Positions 35,002-48,335 of a DNA stretch of 63,598 nucleotides are shown in pieces (position 1 is the stretch's first letter; the number at the start of each line of letters is the position of its first letter). This DNA comes from Rhynchobatus australiae. Lineage: Eukaryota. The position numbers were made by a program, and so were the translations under genes. The stretch spans positions 17,026,790-17,090,387 of the forward strand of contig JAUZTB010000127.1 of NCBI GenBank assembly GCA_034780895.1, read 5' to 3'. The notes beneath the pieces are model-generated. The model made no database searches and was not told the origin of the DNA. It worked only from the letters and a program-made list of their open reading frames with translations.

Positions 35002-36205
35002 CAAGGTCGGCAGTGAGTGCCATTATTTCACTGCCAACAGCATCTGAAACAATGAATCCAGATTCTGTTGTCAAGGAAACAGAAGTGGAGTGTCTGACCA
35101 TCATATTGTTATGGAGAGTTCCCACTGCAAGAACTGATTCATTCCAAAAGATATCAATCTAAATTTCAGGAAATCTGAGTATCTCTTCATGTTGCTAAGA
35201 TTCCCTATAGAAGAGGATATGAGTTATACTCCAGGCCTTGCGTTATTGGGCTCGATCATCCGATTCTAAGTCAGCCTAACTCGCAGCTTAATTGCAGCAG
35301 TAACATGTGCCACTTTGCCCTTGTCAGTGATGATTGAATTCAGCAGGCTGAGCCAGTGGTGGATTCTACTTTGTTGATCGTAAGTGCATGAGGGAGCTCC
35401 TGTGACCAGCCCTCATGGATGCTGATCATGTCAGAGGTATAGCCAAACATCCTGATGCTCCTACCCCCACCCCACATGGATGCTTTATCATGCAGATATC
35501 ACTTCAAAATCATAAATTTCTTTCTGGCTCTATCATACTAAGCATCCAAATCCAATATGTGTAAGATTTGTATTCCTTGCATCATGCATCACAATCCTTT
35601 CAACCAAAAAGTGATCAACATAGTGGGGGGAGAAAAGGGTCTTGCGTGTCTATGCCCTTTTCTTAAGTTCCTATGCCTATTGTGCACTTGCATTTTTTTA
35701 TATAATTAACCAGTGGCCATTTCAAGCTAAACTTGCCTTGGAGTTTATTTTCCATTAAGAATGTGTCAGAGTACTCTTTCCAGCCTCTGTGTACTATATA
35801 CAAAACCTCTCCCTAGCTGCACTGAATTTTATTTTTGACTGCCTTGTATTAAGAAGGACAGCACTTGCATCTAAACTCATTGCAGTCCCATCTGTGCCCA
35901 AGGTCAGTGCTGAGCACCATTACTTCACTGCTAACAACAAAATAGGATTGGAAATGTGAAACAATGAAACTGGATTCTGCTGGCAAGAAAAAAAATGAAT
36001 GAAGTTTGTCTAACCTACAGATTCTAATCTAGAGTTCCCTCTTGAAGGACTGGTTCATCCCAAAAGGTACCCACCTGAATTCCAGGAAATCCCAACAAGC
36101 TTTTCCATATTGCTAACATTCCCTGTAGAAGAGAATGTGTGAATTATAACTCCAACCCCAAGTCTGCCTCTCGCACCCTAGTTGCAGTAACAACATGTGC
36201 CACTT
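35002..36205. repeat. Diverged direct duplication (~310-bp cores at 35002-35315 and 35899-36205)
   Basis: Colinear shared blocks caaggtc, ccatta.ttcactgc.aaca, tgaaacaatgaa, agagttccc, caggaaatc, ttgctaa.attccct.tagaagag, aacatgtgccactt. Confidence 0.85.
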
Positions 36206-36654
36206 AACTGTTACTGATGGAATTCAACAACAAATACCATCACAATGTTTTTCTTCCCATGCAAGAGCAGCAGACCATGCAACATTACAAAATTGGCATT
36301 GATGGCCATAATCCTATTTCTTAATTGTGTTGCTTTACTTTTTGACTGGAAATGAGGATTGTAATTTTTCCCATTATGTAGTTGTACATCCAACTTGTAT
36401 TCATTTTTAATAGGACCAAAAAATGCTTTTTAAGAACACCTTGACCTAAATGGGTTTCTCTTGCTTTTGCCTTTGTATTCCAACTTCGTTTCCATTTGAT
36501 GTCTGTCCTTGGATAAAAGACTTCCTCAATTTAAAATCTAGTTTCAAATGTTTAAATTTCCAATTTCCCAGGTTTTATTATTCCATTGCTCAGCACCAAC
36601 TGTTATTTAGCTTTGATACTGTTTGTGGAAAACTTTTTTTTCTCTTTTCTAGCC

Positions 36655-37620
36655 TTAGAACATAGAACAGTACAGCATGGTAACAGGCCCTTCAGCCCAC
36701 AATGTTGTGCTGAAGTAATGAACCTAATCCCTTCTGCCTGCATGTGGCCCATATCCCTCCATTCTCTGTGTATTCATGTGCCTAGTTAAAGGCCTCTTAA
36801 ACTATCATCTGCCTCCACCACCACTCTTGGCAGCACATTCCAGGTACCCGCTACTTCTTTTGAAAAGACAAACCTATCCCACACATCTCTTTTGAACTTG
36901 CCCCTTTCACCTTAAATGCATGCCCTCTGGCACTATATATTTCGACCCTGGGAAAAAGATGTCGGCTGCATACTCTGTCTATGCCTCTCATAATTTTTAT
37001 AAACTTTTATCAGGTCTCCCCTCAGCCTTCTCCACTCCAGAGAAAACCCAGGTTTGTCCAACCTCTCCTCATAGCACGTGCCCTCTAATCCAGGCAGCAT
37101 CTTGATAAACCTCTTCTGCACACTCTCCATGGTCTCCACATCCTTCCTATGATGGGGTAACTAGAACTGAATGCAGTACTCCTGATGCTGTCCAACCAGG
37201 GTTTTGTAAAGCTGCAACATAACTTCCTGACTCTTGAACTCAGTGCCTCGACTAATAAAGGCAAGCATGCCATATTGCCACCTTTATCACAGTATCGACT
37301 TATGCAGCCACTTTCAGGGAGTTATGGACTTGGAGCCCAAGATCCCTCTGTACATCAGGGCTTCTCAGGGTCCTGCCATTAACTGTGTACTTCTCCCTTG
37401 CACTTTAATCTCCCAAACTGCAACACCTCACATTTGCCCGATTTTAAACTCCATCAGCTATTTCTCTGCCCGCATCAGCAACTCATCTATATTCCGCTGT
37501 ATCCTTTGGCAACCTTCTACACTATCCACAATGCCACCAATCTTAGTGTCATCTGCAAACTTACTAACCCACCCATTCACATTGTGTGTGTTATATAAAA
37601 CAAACAGCAGAGGTCCCAGT
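36655..37620 (-). mobile_element. CR1 LINE RT-to-3' end fragment, relatively well preserved
   Basis: Minus ORF METMESVQKRFIKMLPGLEGTCYEERLDKPGFSLEWRRLRGDLIKVYK; KFADDTKIG on the reverse strand; tail tagaacatagaacagtacagc. Confidence 0.9.
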
Positions 37621-40289
37621 CCTTGTTCTTTCCATGATTTACTGACAGAGCCAGAGACCCTGTTCCTTCTGGGGTCTCGCTCAGTTCCCTGCCCTTTGCT
37701 ATTGCAACAAATTTCCCTTCAGATCCTGGATGCTCAGAAGATAGTGGCTCTAACATTGCCAAAATATCTTGCCAATCTACCTGCCTTCTGACTTGAAATG
37801 AAGGTTGGTACAGGCAGTACTTGTGTGACGATCCCATCCATTAAATTTAGATGCTAGAGATGCAAGTCCTTTATTTCTAGCAAAACTTTCTTTCCTTTAT
37901 TTCTCTTTCTGTACCTGATTTAACATTAAGCCACTTGAGGCAATCCCTTGGTCTCTGCTGTTTATTTCTCAGTCCTCTAATTTCATCACTAAATAAGATG
38001 TGCTACTGTCTGATTGTTCATTAAGAGCCCTGATGTTTTGATGTCCTTGCTGCATCATTATCAGGTTGCAATTCTGGCATGTACAGTGCAGATTTTTGAG
38101 CTGATGGGTGCATGATGAAGTGTTACTAACCAGGCATGTCATGAAGTACCCTTGTCCTGCCCATTAGAGGAATTTTATCTAAAGCTGAGGCTAGNNNNNN
38201 NNNNTCTTTTCATTTGTGTTAAAACAGGATCTTTGACCATACGGGGAAAAACAAAGATATAAATGATATTTTGTAGCAGTGGTCTCATATTTTTCATTCT
38301 TTCACAGGGCAATATTATCAGCAATGTATGTTTGCAGCAGGTAACTACTTCCAGAGCAAAGATTTGCTGCAAAGCTATCAATTATCTTGCAAAGTCGGTT
38401 TAGTTCCATTATATTTAGAGCACAGGAATGGAGCCACATCAGCGTTTGTGCACTTTGAAACTCCCTCCATCTCTCTTCTTCTAACCCTAGAAACATACTC
38501 TATCTTGTGGTTAACCAACTTCTCTCTAAGTGTGTCAGTCGCTTCAATTATTCCCAGTGTTGAGCGCTACATCTTTGAGTAAAGTTCTCATGAATTTTTT
38601 TTTGTTGAATTTTGTTAATGTCTATCTCATTTTTATGGCCACTGGTTTTTGTTCCTGCCTACATTTTCAAATTATCTGTTGTCACTCTAAAGCTCTTTTT
38701 TTTAAGAGCAGAGTCCTGCGTGCCCAATCTTTCTTGATGGGTATTGTAGCTCTATAAACTCTGGAGGAACTATGAAGGAGTGGTTGGAGTTTGTCTCACT
38801 GGGTTGTAGATTNNNNNNNNNNNNNNNNNNNNNNNNNNNTAACAAATGTGGTTCCCTTCATGTGACCAAATATTGGAGGAAGAAGTCCTATGTCTTCACA
38901 TTCATGTATCTTTTATTGGCTACCTTTTTGTTATCCTGAGAAAGGACTTTTGATTCATTGTAAGTGAGATTATTATTAGGGCAGTAGGTGTAAATTAGGC
39001 CCAAGAATAGATGATCATATTTCTCCTTTGTACTCTTGGTCAGTCCTACTTTTTCATGAAATGGTTAAATACCAATGACTTAATCCTCTCAATCCTTCAC
39101 AATTGTCAGATACCAAGTGTCACATGAAATCAGATAGGAGAAAAGGGGATGTCAGTTCAGAAAGCATTTTGAAGAAGGGTCACTCGCATGCATTGGCCCA
39201 GCAAGCTATAATGGGAAAAGATGCAGCTTACTTGGTGGGAATTGTCTTGGCCTCATCCCTTCATCCTGCTTTAATTGGTTGGCAACTTAAGTTTGTTTCT
39301 TTTGAAATTTCCAAAATTAAACCAACGTTACATAAATTGTGTGCTAAAACAACAGCTCACCTTGCTCCAGGAGGTAAGGATGAGTCATCAAGTGCACCCT
39401 TCTGACTGTACAAGATTGTATCAGACAGTACTGGTGATTCTCCAGTGTGGTCACCCCTCGTCCTCCACTCCCAAGAGTAAGCATAGAGGGATCAAATATT
39501 AGATACTTGCCAAAAAATATGTAGTGGACTATAGGGAAAAGAAACATCTTAAGTAATGTGTTTTGTAGAATTCATGGTTTACACTGTTTTGTACTGCTAA
39601 TTAATGGTTTTCTAAATCCACATTCTTTTGAATTAGTTGATTTGTGGGGGTGGTGGGGGGAAGAAAAGGGCATTTCTTTCTTCCATTAATGTAAAGAGCC
39701 CTCAATGTTTTGTAAATATATTTGCATTAACCACTTTGTGCAGTCTTTTGGCAACTTTTTTATCATGCTGCTCTTTGTACTGTTCAATTAGCCTGTAGTG
39801 GTANNNNNNNNNNNNNNNNNNNNNNNNNNNNNNNNNNNNNNNNNNNNNNNNNNNNNNNNNNNNNNNNNNNNNNNNNNNNNNNNNNNNNNNNNNNNNNNNN
39901 NNNGTAGTGGTATGAATATTAAGCTTTTTCCGTGGTCTTGGCTTTAAAGAACAGTTCCATTGTTGGTAACAGTAGTGCTGTCCAGAGAGAATACCTTTTT
40001 CATGTTTCACTTAATGTGATATAGTCAAAATTCAGGGGAAGAGAGTAGTTATTCTCCTAACAAATTGGCATGATAGACAGAATGGCTGCTTCCTGTACTT
40101 ATCAGCTTTATGATTCTGTTGCCTTTAATTCAGAAGCAATATAAAAGTGGAAATGAAATGTCAGTGCAAGTTTGCCGTCATTAGATTAGGATATATGAGC
40201 TTGTTTTATGGAGTTGAAGCTGAATAGGTTTTGTCGATCTGTTGTCCCCTAATAAGGGGAAATGTTCACAAACGTATTATTCATTCTTT

Positions 40290-40570
40290 GTCAGCTTGGC
40301 TCAGTTCATACTACAGTTGCGTGAGAGGGATGATTGTGGTTTGAAGTCTCACAGTGGACTTAAGCAAATCATTTAAGCAATTACTGAGTGTGTGCTGTGC
40401 TGGTACCATTTTACCTCCTCCCTACTTGCTGCCTTGGGTGGATTTAGCAAGTTGAGGGATTCTAATTGAAAAGTTGGAAGTTGACATGATGTCCTGGCCA
40501 ACATTCCTCCCTCAACCAACAGTTCTAGCAGATTATGAGATTGTTCATACCCCACTGTTGGATTGGGGAG
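40290..40570 (+). mobile_element. Deu-domain SINE (SacSINE1-like), decayed
   Basis: Head gcttggctcagtt...ttgtggtttgaagtctcac; core tgtcctggccaacattcctccctcaaccaac. Confidence 0.6.
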
Positions 40571-40779
40571 ATGGTAGTTGAAATTTCTGCACTTGCTCAT
40601 CAATCCCTTCCCCGTTCTTTAGTTTACTCTTGTTCCCAGTAGTCTCTGGACTCTCAAATTCTTGTGCAATAGCTGTCATGGAAGTGAACTGAATTTTCTA
40701 AAGTAATTGCTGTAAACTTCAATATTGGGCACAGTTGTCAAGTTACTGAACTGTCATTCTAGAGACTTCGACTGATAAT

Positions 40780-41130
40780 CTGGGTCATACCCTCTTCTCG
40801 CTGCTACCATAAGGTGGTAGGTACAGAGGCCTGAAGTCCCTCTCCACCAGGTTCAGGAACAGCTACTTTCCTATAACCATTATGTTCTTGAACCATCCTA
40901 CACAACCCTAACCCTACCTCAGCAATGGAACACTACCAACCACCTCTTGCACTATCATAGATTCTTTTTGTTGCATTAAAGTCTTGCTTTTGTGCAGTTT
41001 TTCTCTCTTCACTGTCTTGTATAATTTGTATTCTTTGTGTTATCTGTACCTAATTGCCTGTGATGCTGCTGTAAGCATGTTTTCTCATTATACTTGTACC
41101 TCACCATACTTGTGCATGTGACAATAAACT
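40780..41130 (+). mobile_element. Rex1/Babar-like LINE 3' end
   Basis: GHTLFSLLP*GGRYRGLKSLSTRFRNSYFPITIMFLN followed by a 3' UTR ending acAATAAAct. Confidence 0.8.
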
Positions 41131-41959
41131 NNNNNNNNNNNNNNNNNNNNNNNNCCTGGAGTAAAGTATAGATAAATGAAATTATTTTTACTCTTTTAAA
41201 AACCCAATGGGTTCTCTTGCATTTTTTTTTAATGAGTAAAATCAGTCAGCTTGACCAAGTCTGGCCAAGATATGACTCCAGACTCTCAGCAATGTAGTTG
41301 AGTGGAATCTGATATTGTTGAGCAACCCACTCAGTGCAGGAGCATCTGGGGATAGTATTAACTGCTGACCTTGCTCATAGTAGCCACAGCACATAAAAGG
41401 GTCAGTACAAAATCCATGGACGATCCCTCGGGAATGAAATATACAAATTCTTATTCACTGATTTCTTGCATTTAGATCTTGTTCAATTTTCCAAGTAGGT
41501 AAACAAGTTAGATAATTGAGATACTGGGTTAGCATTTGTCACAAAATCACATAATGTTAATACCAGTATGTAGATGCATATTTTTAAAAAGTAAATGAGT
41601 TTTCTATTGGAGAATGAAGTAATGGCAGAAACACTGAGTAGCCAAAATAATGAAATGAATGAAGTGACTTTAAACCAAAAGGCCTAAAATCAGTAGCAGG
41701 TAAGTTTTCAAAACCCATTAATGTGTGATAGAGTTAATACCTAGAAAAATGTAAGTTGTTAAAAGTATCTAATTTATAGCATGTCTGAGATGTTTCTTTG
41801 GAGAAATTTTGATGAAGCAAAGCTTCAAATTTGAAATTGTTTTCAAATCTTAATGTCAATCCCCCTCACCATAAGTTCCTTTAACCATAAAGTGCTCAAG
41901 TCCAGCCTCTGAAACCTGCCCCAAAATAATTGCTTCACCAGTTGGGACCATATGCAACA

Positions 41960-42200
41960 AAAATACAGAACTCAGCAGATCAAGATATATCTGTGGAGGC
42001 AAAAGGAAAAGTTGACATTTCAGGTTGAGACTCGGCAACAGGACTGAGGGGGAACAGGAAAGATGTCAGTATATAGTAGTACGCTAGGTGGGATAAAGTC
42101 TGGTAGGTACCAGATGGGAGAAGGGATGTTAGGTAGATGGAACTGGGTGGGACAGAGGCTGATGGGTGGAGCTAAATGAGAAAGGACAACATGTTCATCT
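41960..42200 (-). mobile_element. Penelope-like terminal fragment
   Basis: aactcagcagatcaag...tctgtggaggcaaaagg...gttgacatttcagg...caggactg: reverse of the Penelope terminal motif plus purine-rich tract. Confidence 0.55.
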
Positions 42201-45200
42201 CCCTGGATTCTGGAAGTACCAACCTAGCAGAGCAGCAACAGAGGCTCAGCAGTAAAATCAGAATGCCATTGTGGATTTAAATAATTCCACAACCAAATGG
42301 ATCAGGTCAAAGCTCTAAAATGGACTGAAAAACTTCCAGTGCCATTCTGAATAACCTTTAGAGTAGTCATGGACCAGGAATTCCCAGGAGTCAGTGGGTT
42401 TTCTTTTTCAAGCAGGTTTGGAAAACATTGTTTTTTAATCTTTTTTTCTCTCCATGTAGTAATCTCCTGCTGTGACAGATCTTGAAACAGAGTGTCTGTT
42501 TCTGGATTCTGGTGTGGTGTATGTGAGCACAAGTCTTCCCAATGAAGCTAAGTGGGTGATTGTTAATAAAGCCCCAGTGTAGAGGCTGAAGTAGAGCTGA
42601 TGTACAACTTGAGTACTTTCTGTTGGTCCTGTCATCTCTCCTCCAGTATCAAGGTCACCAACCTCTGTTGTGGGACTTCAGGGGCATACAAGATGATAAT
42701 CTGGATTTATGGATAAAGGAAGCTAACTATTGGTCATTCAATGCAGTATGACCTGGACAACATTCATGCATGGGCTGATAAGTGGCAAATAGCATTTGCA
42801 CCGCAAGTGCCAGGCAATGACCCCCTCCAATGAGAGTCTCTCACTCTCTATCCCCCTCATTCAAATCATTGTCATCATCTGGTTCTACATCAGTGCTTGG
42901 AGCAGGGTCAGTGTTGACCAGAAACTTAACTGAAGCAGTTAAATGCAAATAGTAATTATTGGTTTTGTATATAATTTAATATTAGAAAATGTCAGTTTAT
43001 AGATTTGTTAAATGATGTACAAAGATTAAAAGGCATATGAAAACATGCAGTACCGTGGATAGGAAGTTGGTTAAAGGACAAAGCGAGAACAGCAATTTCA
43101 TTGAAACTTGGATTGGACTGATGAAACTGGTAGTGTCCAATAGATGGATATTGGCATCCTTCTCTCTGTAGAATTTATTGACACCAGAAACGTAGCCAGT
43201 TTTGTTAGTGGATAATAAGCATCATAAATAGTTTTGGGCATTGTATAAATCGGGAAGGTGGATGTTTTGTGAAAATGATTGCGCACGTGAGAAGGTGCGC
43301 TCAAGGAGGGTGAATACCATGAGGGCTTGCTTACAGTGTTAATCCTTGAAAGGGCTTGAGAAAGAGAAGAGGATTCAGATAAATGCATGCTTTTTTTTAA
43401 AAAAAAAAGCAACCCTGATAAAGAAATGTGGATGGGAATGTTCAGCTTTGTAAATTGGGATACAGAAGGACTAAGGAAGTGGACAATCTACACAATATTG
43501 TCTGGGCTACAGATGGCTTTAATTTGCTGGCAGCTGATCCTGCTTTACCGTCAATATAATGTGAGTGGTCTCTTGCCAAGTAGGTGAATGGAGGTCTGTG
43601 TTTTATGAAAAAGCTCAGGAAGGGATGTCCAATATGTAATGTGTCACAATATATCTCTGCATCCAAAAATATGAGAAACAGATTTTTGGCAATTGACAGT
43701 AATTTTATTTCTCAGATGGTGCAAAGTGGATGATGTCCGTGCACCCATCTGCTCTGTACCCTGCACAATTTCCTTATCAATCGACTGATCAGGTGCAATG
43801 AATAAAGAGGTGCTGCAGGTAGTTTTTCCTGTTATGTTGTTTTCCCCAAATTCAGTCTGAACCTGTCTGGGTAGGGGAAATCAGATAAAGCTCACAAAGA
43901 AACACAACTCAATGCTTTTAAACTGTCAAAACCTCACTAAGCACCACATATAAAAAACACTACAAATGATATTGCACGTGATGATGCACAAAATTACAGA
44001 AGTTATATAAAATGTTGCAACTTTGCTCTCCAATAGGGCCTTTGTGGTGTATCTTGCATATTTAAGTGGTATCCCTTTGGGGCTTGGTAACTTTGCCATT
44101 TTTCTCTTCCATGTCATAACTATTAAGTAAAGCAGTAAGAATTTCACTGCAGCTGTTGTGAGGAAGATTGTTCCTTGGCATAGGGACCGTCATCTCCAAT
44201 TCTGTTCCTAATCTATTTGTTTTCTCAGCACCATTGCTGCACTAACAGTGATTTGATAACATTTTAGTGTTATTGTTTTCATCTTTCTCCACTTTAAGCA
44301 GTGATTTGTCTTTGTGTTAGATGCAGTGAATGGAGCTGAAACCAAAGGGATTTGTAGGTTTTCGTAAACTTGGTAAGTAGCAAAAAAAAATTAGAAATGC
44401 AAATCAGACTTGATGAATGAGAAGTTTGTTTGGCTCTTGTGTTTTAGTTAACAGAATTGTCAGTTCTGCTTCCACGCGAAGAAGTAAAAGACGATGAATA
44501 TTGATTGTGGTGATCTTTTTAAAAAATCTTCAGGCAAAATATGCTGCTGTTTCAANNNNNNNNNNNNNNNNNNNNNNNNNNNNNNNNATTAGGAAGTATT
44601 AGCCGGTGAACATTTAAATTATGTCTGTCTGCTTTGGACAATAAAGTCTTCTACCAACTAACATCTTTAGCATTGCTCACAGGTAGAGCTTCTGAATTGG
44701 CTGTTGTTTTAGTACAACTCGTACCCCTGGGAATTACAGCAGTTTGATAATCCTTGGGATGATTTAGAGAATCAATACATGCAACCTTCAGGCTTCATGT
44801 CAGAATTTGGAATGAAATGATTAGTGTTTTTTTTCATTTAGATTACCTAGCATTTAAAAATGGGACATCTAAGGTGACATTAATCTAGGCATTTTAAAAG
44901 TCTACTAGTGAATGTCTCACACCTCTGTTTATGGCCAGTCTGAAGATTTTCTGGTTTACAGCAATATGAGTCCTGTGCATCTTTTTAAGGCTGCTGATTT
45001 AAAGAACTTCACTAAATCAAATGTCATTTTCATTAGTGGGTTTTTTGTGCATTTTACCAGCGTTTTCAGGATCAAACTCTTCTGTTTCCTTCTCTGTGAA
45101 GGATGTAATTGGTTTTTTCTTAGTTCTGATCCTTCCAACTAGGTTTTTTTTAACCTGTTACTTTATCTAAGACCAGGATACACAGCAAACTGTGCTTGAG

Positions 45201-46009
45201 ATGGGAAATTTTGTCTGGCTTATAGCCACATTGGAGTGAGGGAAATTGTGGGATTCAGCAGCATTGCAATTCATATACTGAGCATCAATGTTTGAGAAGC
45301 AATAAAAGAACTTGCTCATTGTATTTCTGCTTTTTAACAAAAATCCAAATATCCCTTTACTTGTGCTGTTCTGAGGATTAGAACAATTTTGAACTGAGAA
45401 TTAAACTAGCACCAGTACTTGCCATTGCTTTCATGAAAGTTGCCCATAGAAAGCACTCAGAATCTGCTTCCAATTGGCCTCTTGTTGGAAGGGGAAGCTT
45501 GCTGCGTGATTAAAACATTGTGGTGTTGATAATAGATATTCACATTTAATAATGAAGAAATATTGTTGAATCTGAATGAGTAGGCAGGTTGTTTTTAATT
45601 CTCAGTTATTAGGCAGTTGGCAAGGTCAAGTTTAACTTGATCACCACCAGTCATGGAACTTTACCAAGGTCATCAATTAACAATGTTGTTTGATAGAATG
45701 AATCCAGCAACTGTTCCTGCAGACCTGGACACATCTCTCTGGGACCAACATGGGTATTTGTCTTCTCAGACTTGGTGCCCACAGCCAAGTTTTGCCACGG
45801 TGCTCCTGCAGTAGAGAATTGACATACAGTTGCTGTAAAATCACTTGTTGGCTGAAACTTGGCTTTGAGTATTTTGGTTGTTTTAAGTATCTAGGAGGAT
45901 AAGCCAGGTGCAGCACTAAACTAAAAAGGAGGCATCAATGCGGTGAAGCTGCAATGTAAGACTACATGTGTGTTAAACTGCACAAACAGTAGCTTGCAGA
46001 ATGAATAAT

Positions 46010-47390
46010 CTCACCTTTTGATCAGATGAAAGCTCTGCAGTCCTGCTGCATGTGGTCATGAAAGCTATGGCTAGTTAAGCCACTAGTAAGAGGAGGATGT
46101 ACCAAAAGCAGTCTCATTCTCTGCTATGGTGGCGCCCTCCTCATAAAGGTAAAGTTGAAGCATGTGAGACCATGTTCAGCCAGAAATGCCATGTGGATGA
46201 TATATGTCTGCATATTCTTGAGACTTCTCATCACAAAAATCAGCCTTCAGCTCGTTGACTTCACACCACTCCACATCATCAAGAAGCACCTGAGAACATT
46301 TGAGACCAAGGTTAAGTGGCCAGATAACATCCCGGCTGTGGTACTGAAAACTGCAACTCCAACACTGGTTGTACCTCTAGCCAACCTGTCCCAGCACAGT
46401 ATTTACCACTCAGTCTAACAGCAACCATGATCCAAGTGGCTGTATTCTAACAGTGAGATGAGTGACTGGCATTGACCTCAAGGTAGCAGGAGACAGTGTG
46501 ATATCAGAGTCCTGGTAAAACTGGTCAGCAGGGATCAATGGAAAAGTACTGGCTGAAGTCTTATCTCACATCTCCAGGATATCACTGTAGGTACAGTTGG
46601 GTCAGCATCTGAGCCAACAGTCTTCTGCTGTTTCAAATTTGCTTCCATCATAAGATCAGAAGTGGGTATGTTTGCACAATGCTCAATTCCATTTGCAAGT
46701 CCTTGGTAAGTGAAGCAATTCATGTTTGTATGAAGCAAGACCTACACAACATTCAGGCACTGACTGCTAAGTGACAAGTAACAGTTTGACAGAAAGACCA
46801 TGTGCATCTAGGGAAAGTCTGACCATCTTGCTATTGAATGCCAAGTCTCCCAGAATATTGATGGTGGGAGTCACCATTGACTAGAAACTCATCTGGACCA
46901 GCACACATATGCCACAGATGCAAGACCAGGTCAGAGACCAGATATCTTTGGCAAATAGATTTTGTTCTGGCACACCAAAGCTTTTTTACTATATTTCTAT
47001 ATTTATTGTGCAAGTTAGGAGTGTGATGGAAGACTGTCCACTTGTCTGGATATGTGCAGCTCAAAGCAGCCTATTTGATTGGCACCCCATGCTGCACCCT
47101 AAACATTTATTCCATGCATTATGATCACATTGTTGCTGCATTTTGTGCACCTATGCTATTCCAACTGCACCACCTAAACATACAATCTCTACCACCAAGA
47201 AGGACCAGGGCAGCAAACACATAGGAAAATTACCACCTGCCAGCTTCCCTCCAAGTTGCACACATCTTGAATGGGGAAATGTATCACTGTGCTTGCATTG
47301 TTGCTATATTTAAATCCTAGAACTTCCTTCCCAGTAGCTATGTTGGAGTACCTTCACCAGGAGACTTGCAGCAGTTTGAGAAGTGACTTA
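46010..47390 (+). mobile_element. Decayed CR1/L2-group LINE ORF2
   Basis: ORF 46155 has IKKHLRTFETKVKWPDNIPAVVLKTATPTLVVPLANL; further RT remnants ataagatcagaagtgggtatgtttgc and caagttaggagtgtgatggaa; same family as 17720-18240. Confidence 0.75.
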
Positions 47391-48044
47391 CCACACTGAC
47401 CTAAACAATCACTGTTTGGCATTCAGCAAAAATTAAATCACAGCTTCTCTAGAACAATGTTATAGCTGATATCCTTCATCCTTGGATCTTTTCTGTACCC
47501 TTGAGGACCCTCATGTCCTTTCTAAAATCTGAAGACCATAATTGGATCTAATATTTGATTTGTGGCCTAATTAGTATTTTATACTGGTTCAACATAATTT
47601 CCCTCCCACATAAACTCTTTTGGACAGGATTCACACAACTTGAGAATTGATATAGACATGAAGGTAGAGCAGAACTGCCAAGTGGTGCTTTAATCCTTCA
47701 AACAAATAGTAGTGAAGATGTGACACACCTCTCAGAATAGGTATGGGCAACCCCTGCATAATGGCTATGCGAGGAATGGAAATTAGTCCTTGGAGAATTT
47801 GGAAATCACTACTAAAAAATTTGAGACATAGAATAAAATTCATTTAGATGGAATTTGTGTAGGAGGGGAAAAAAGTAAAACACTTTTTTCAACTCTCATT
47901 TCTCAATGCATGCAAAAGTGATGTGACTTTGTGTTATGGAAAATTGCAATAGGGACAGTTTTCTAGGGACACAACCCCCTGTAATGCAGGAATTTAGTTT
48001 AATTGGAGTCTCATTTTTCTCATTTTATTTTTCATTTTTTGTAC

Positions 48045-48335
48045 AAAGGTCATTCAGGCCATCTCTATGCTGGGTCTGACATTCCCTTCGGTCAAAATTC
48101 CCCACTTATTTCTCTGTAATCTATTCTCCCTCGCATACCCATCAGCTCTTAATTGTCCTGCCACCCACCTCCTCTGGGGGTAATAATACAGTAGCTAATT
48201 AATCTACCAGCACATCTTTAGGATATGGAAGAACACCAACACACCCAGATGGAAACTACTTCGGAGAATGTGCAAACTTTGCACAGATAGCACCTATCAG
48301 GATTGAACCAGGGTGGTTGGAACTGTGTGGCAGCA
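48045..48335 (-). mobile_element. V-SINE (HE1-like) copy with CR1-derived tail
   Basis: ggagaatgtgcaaactttgcacagatagcacc...aggattgaaccaggg is the reverse of the tRNA head/V-domain. Confidence 0.7.
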
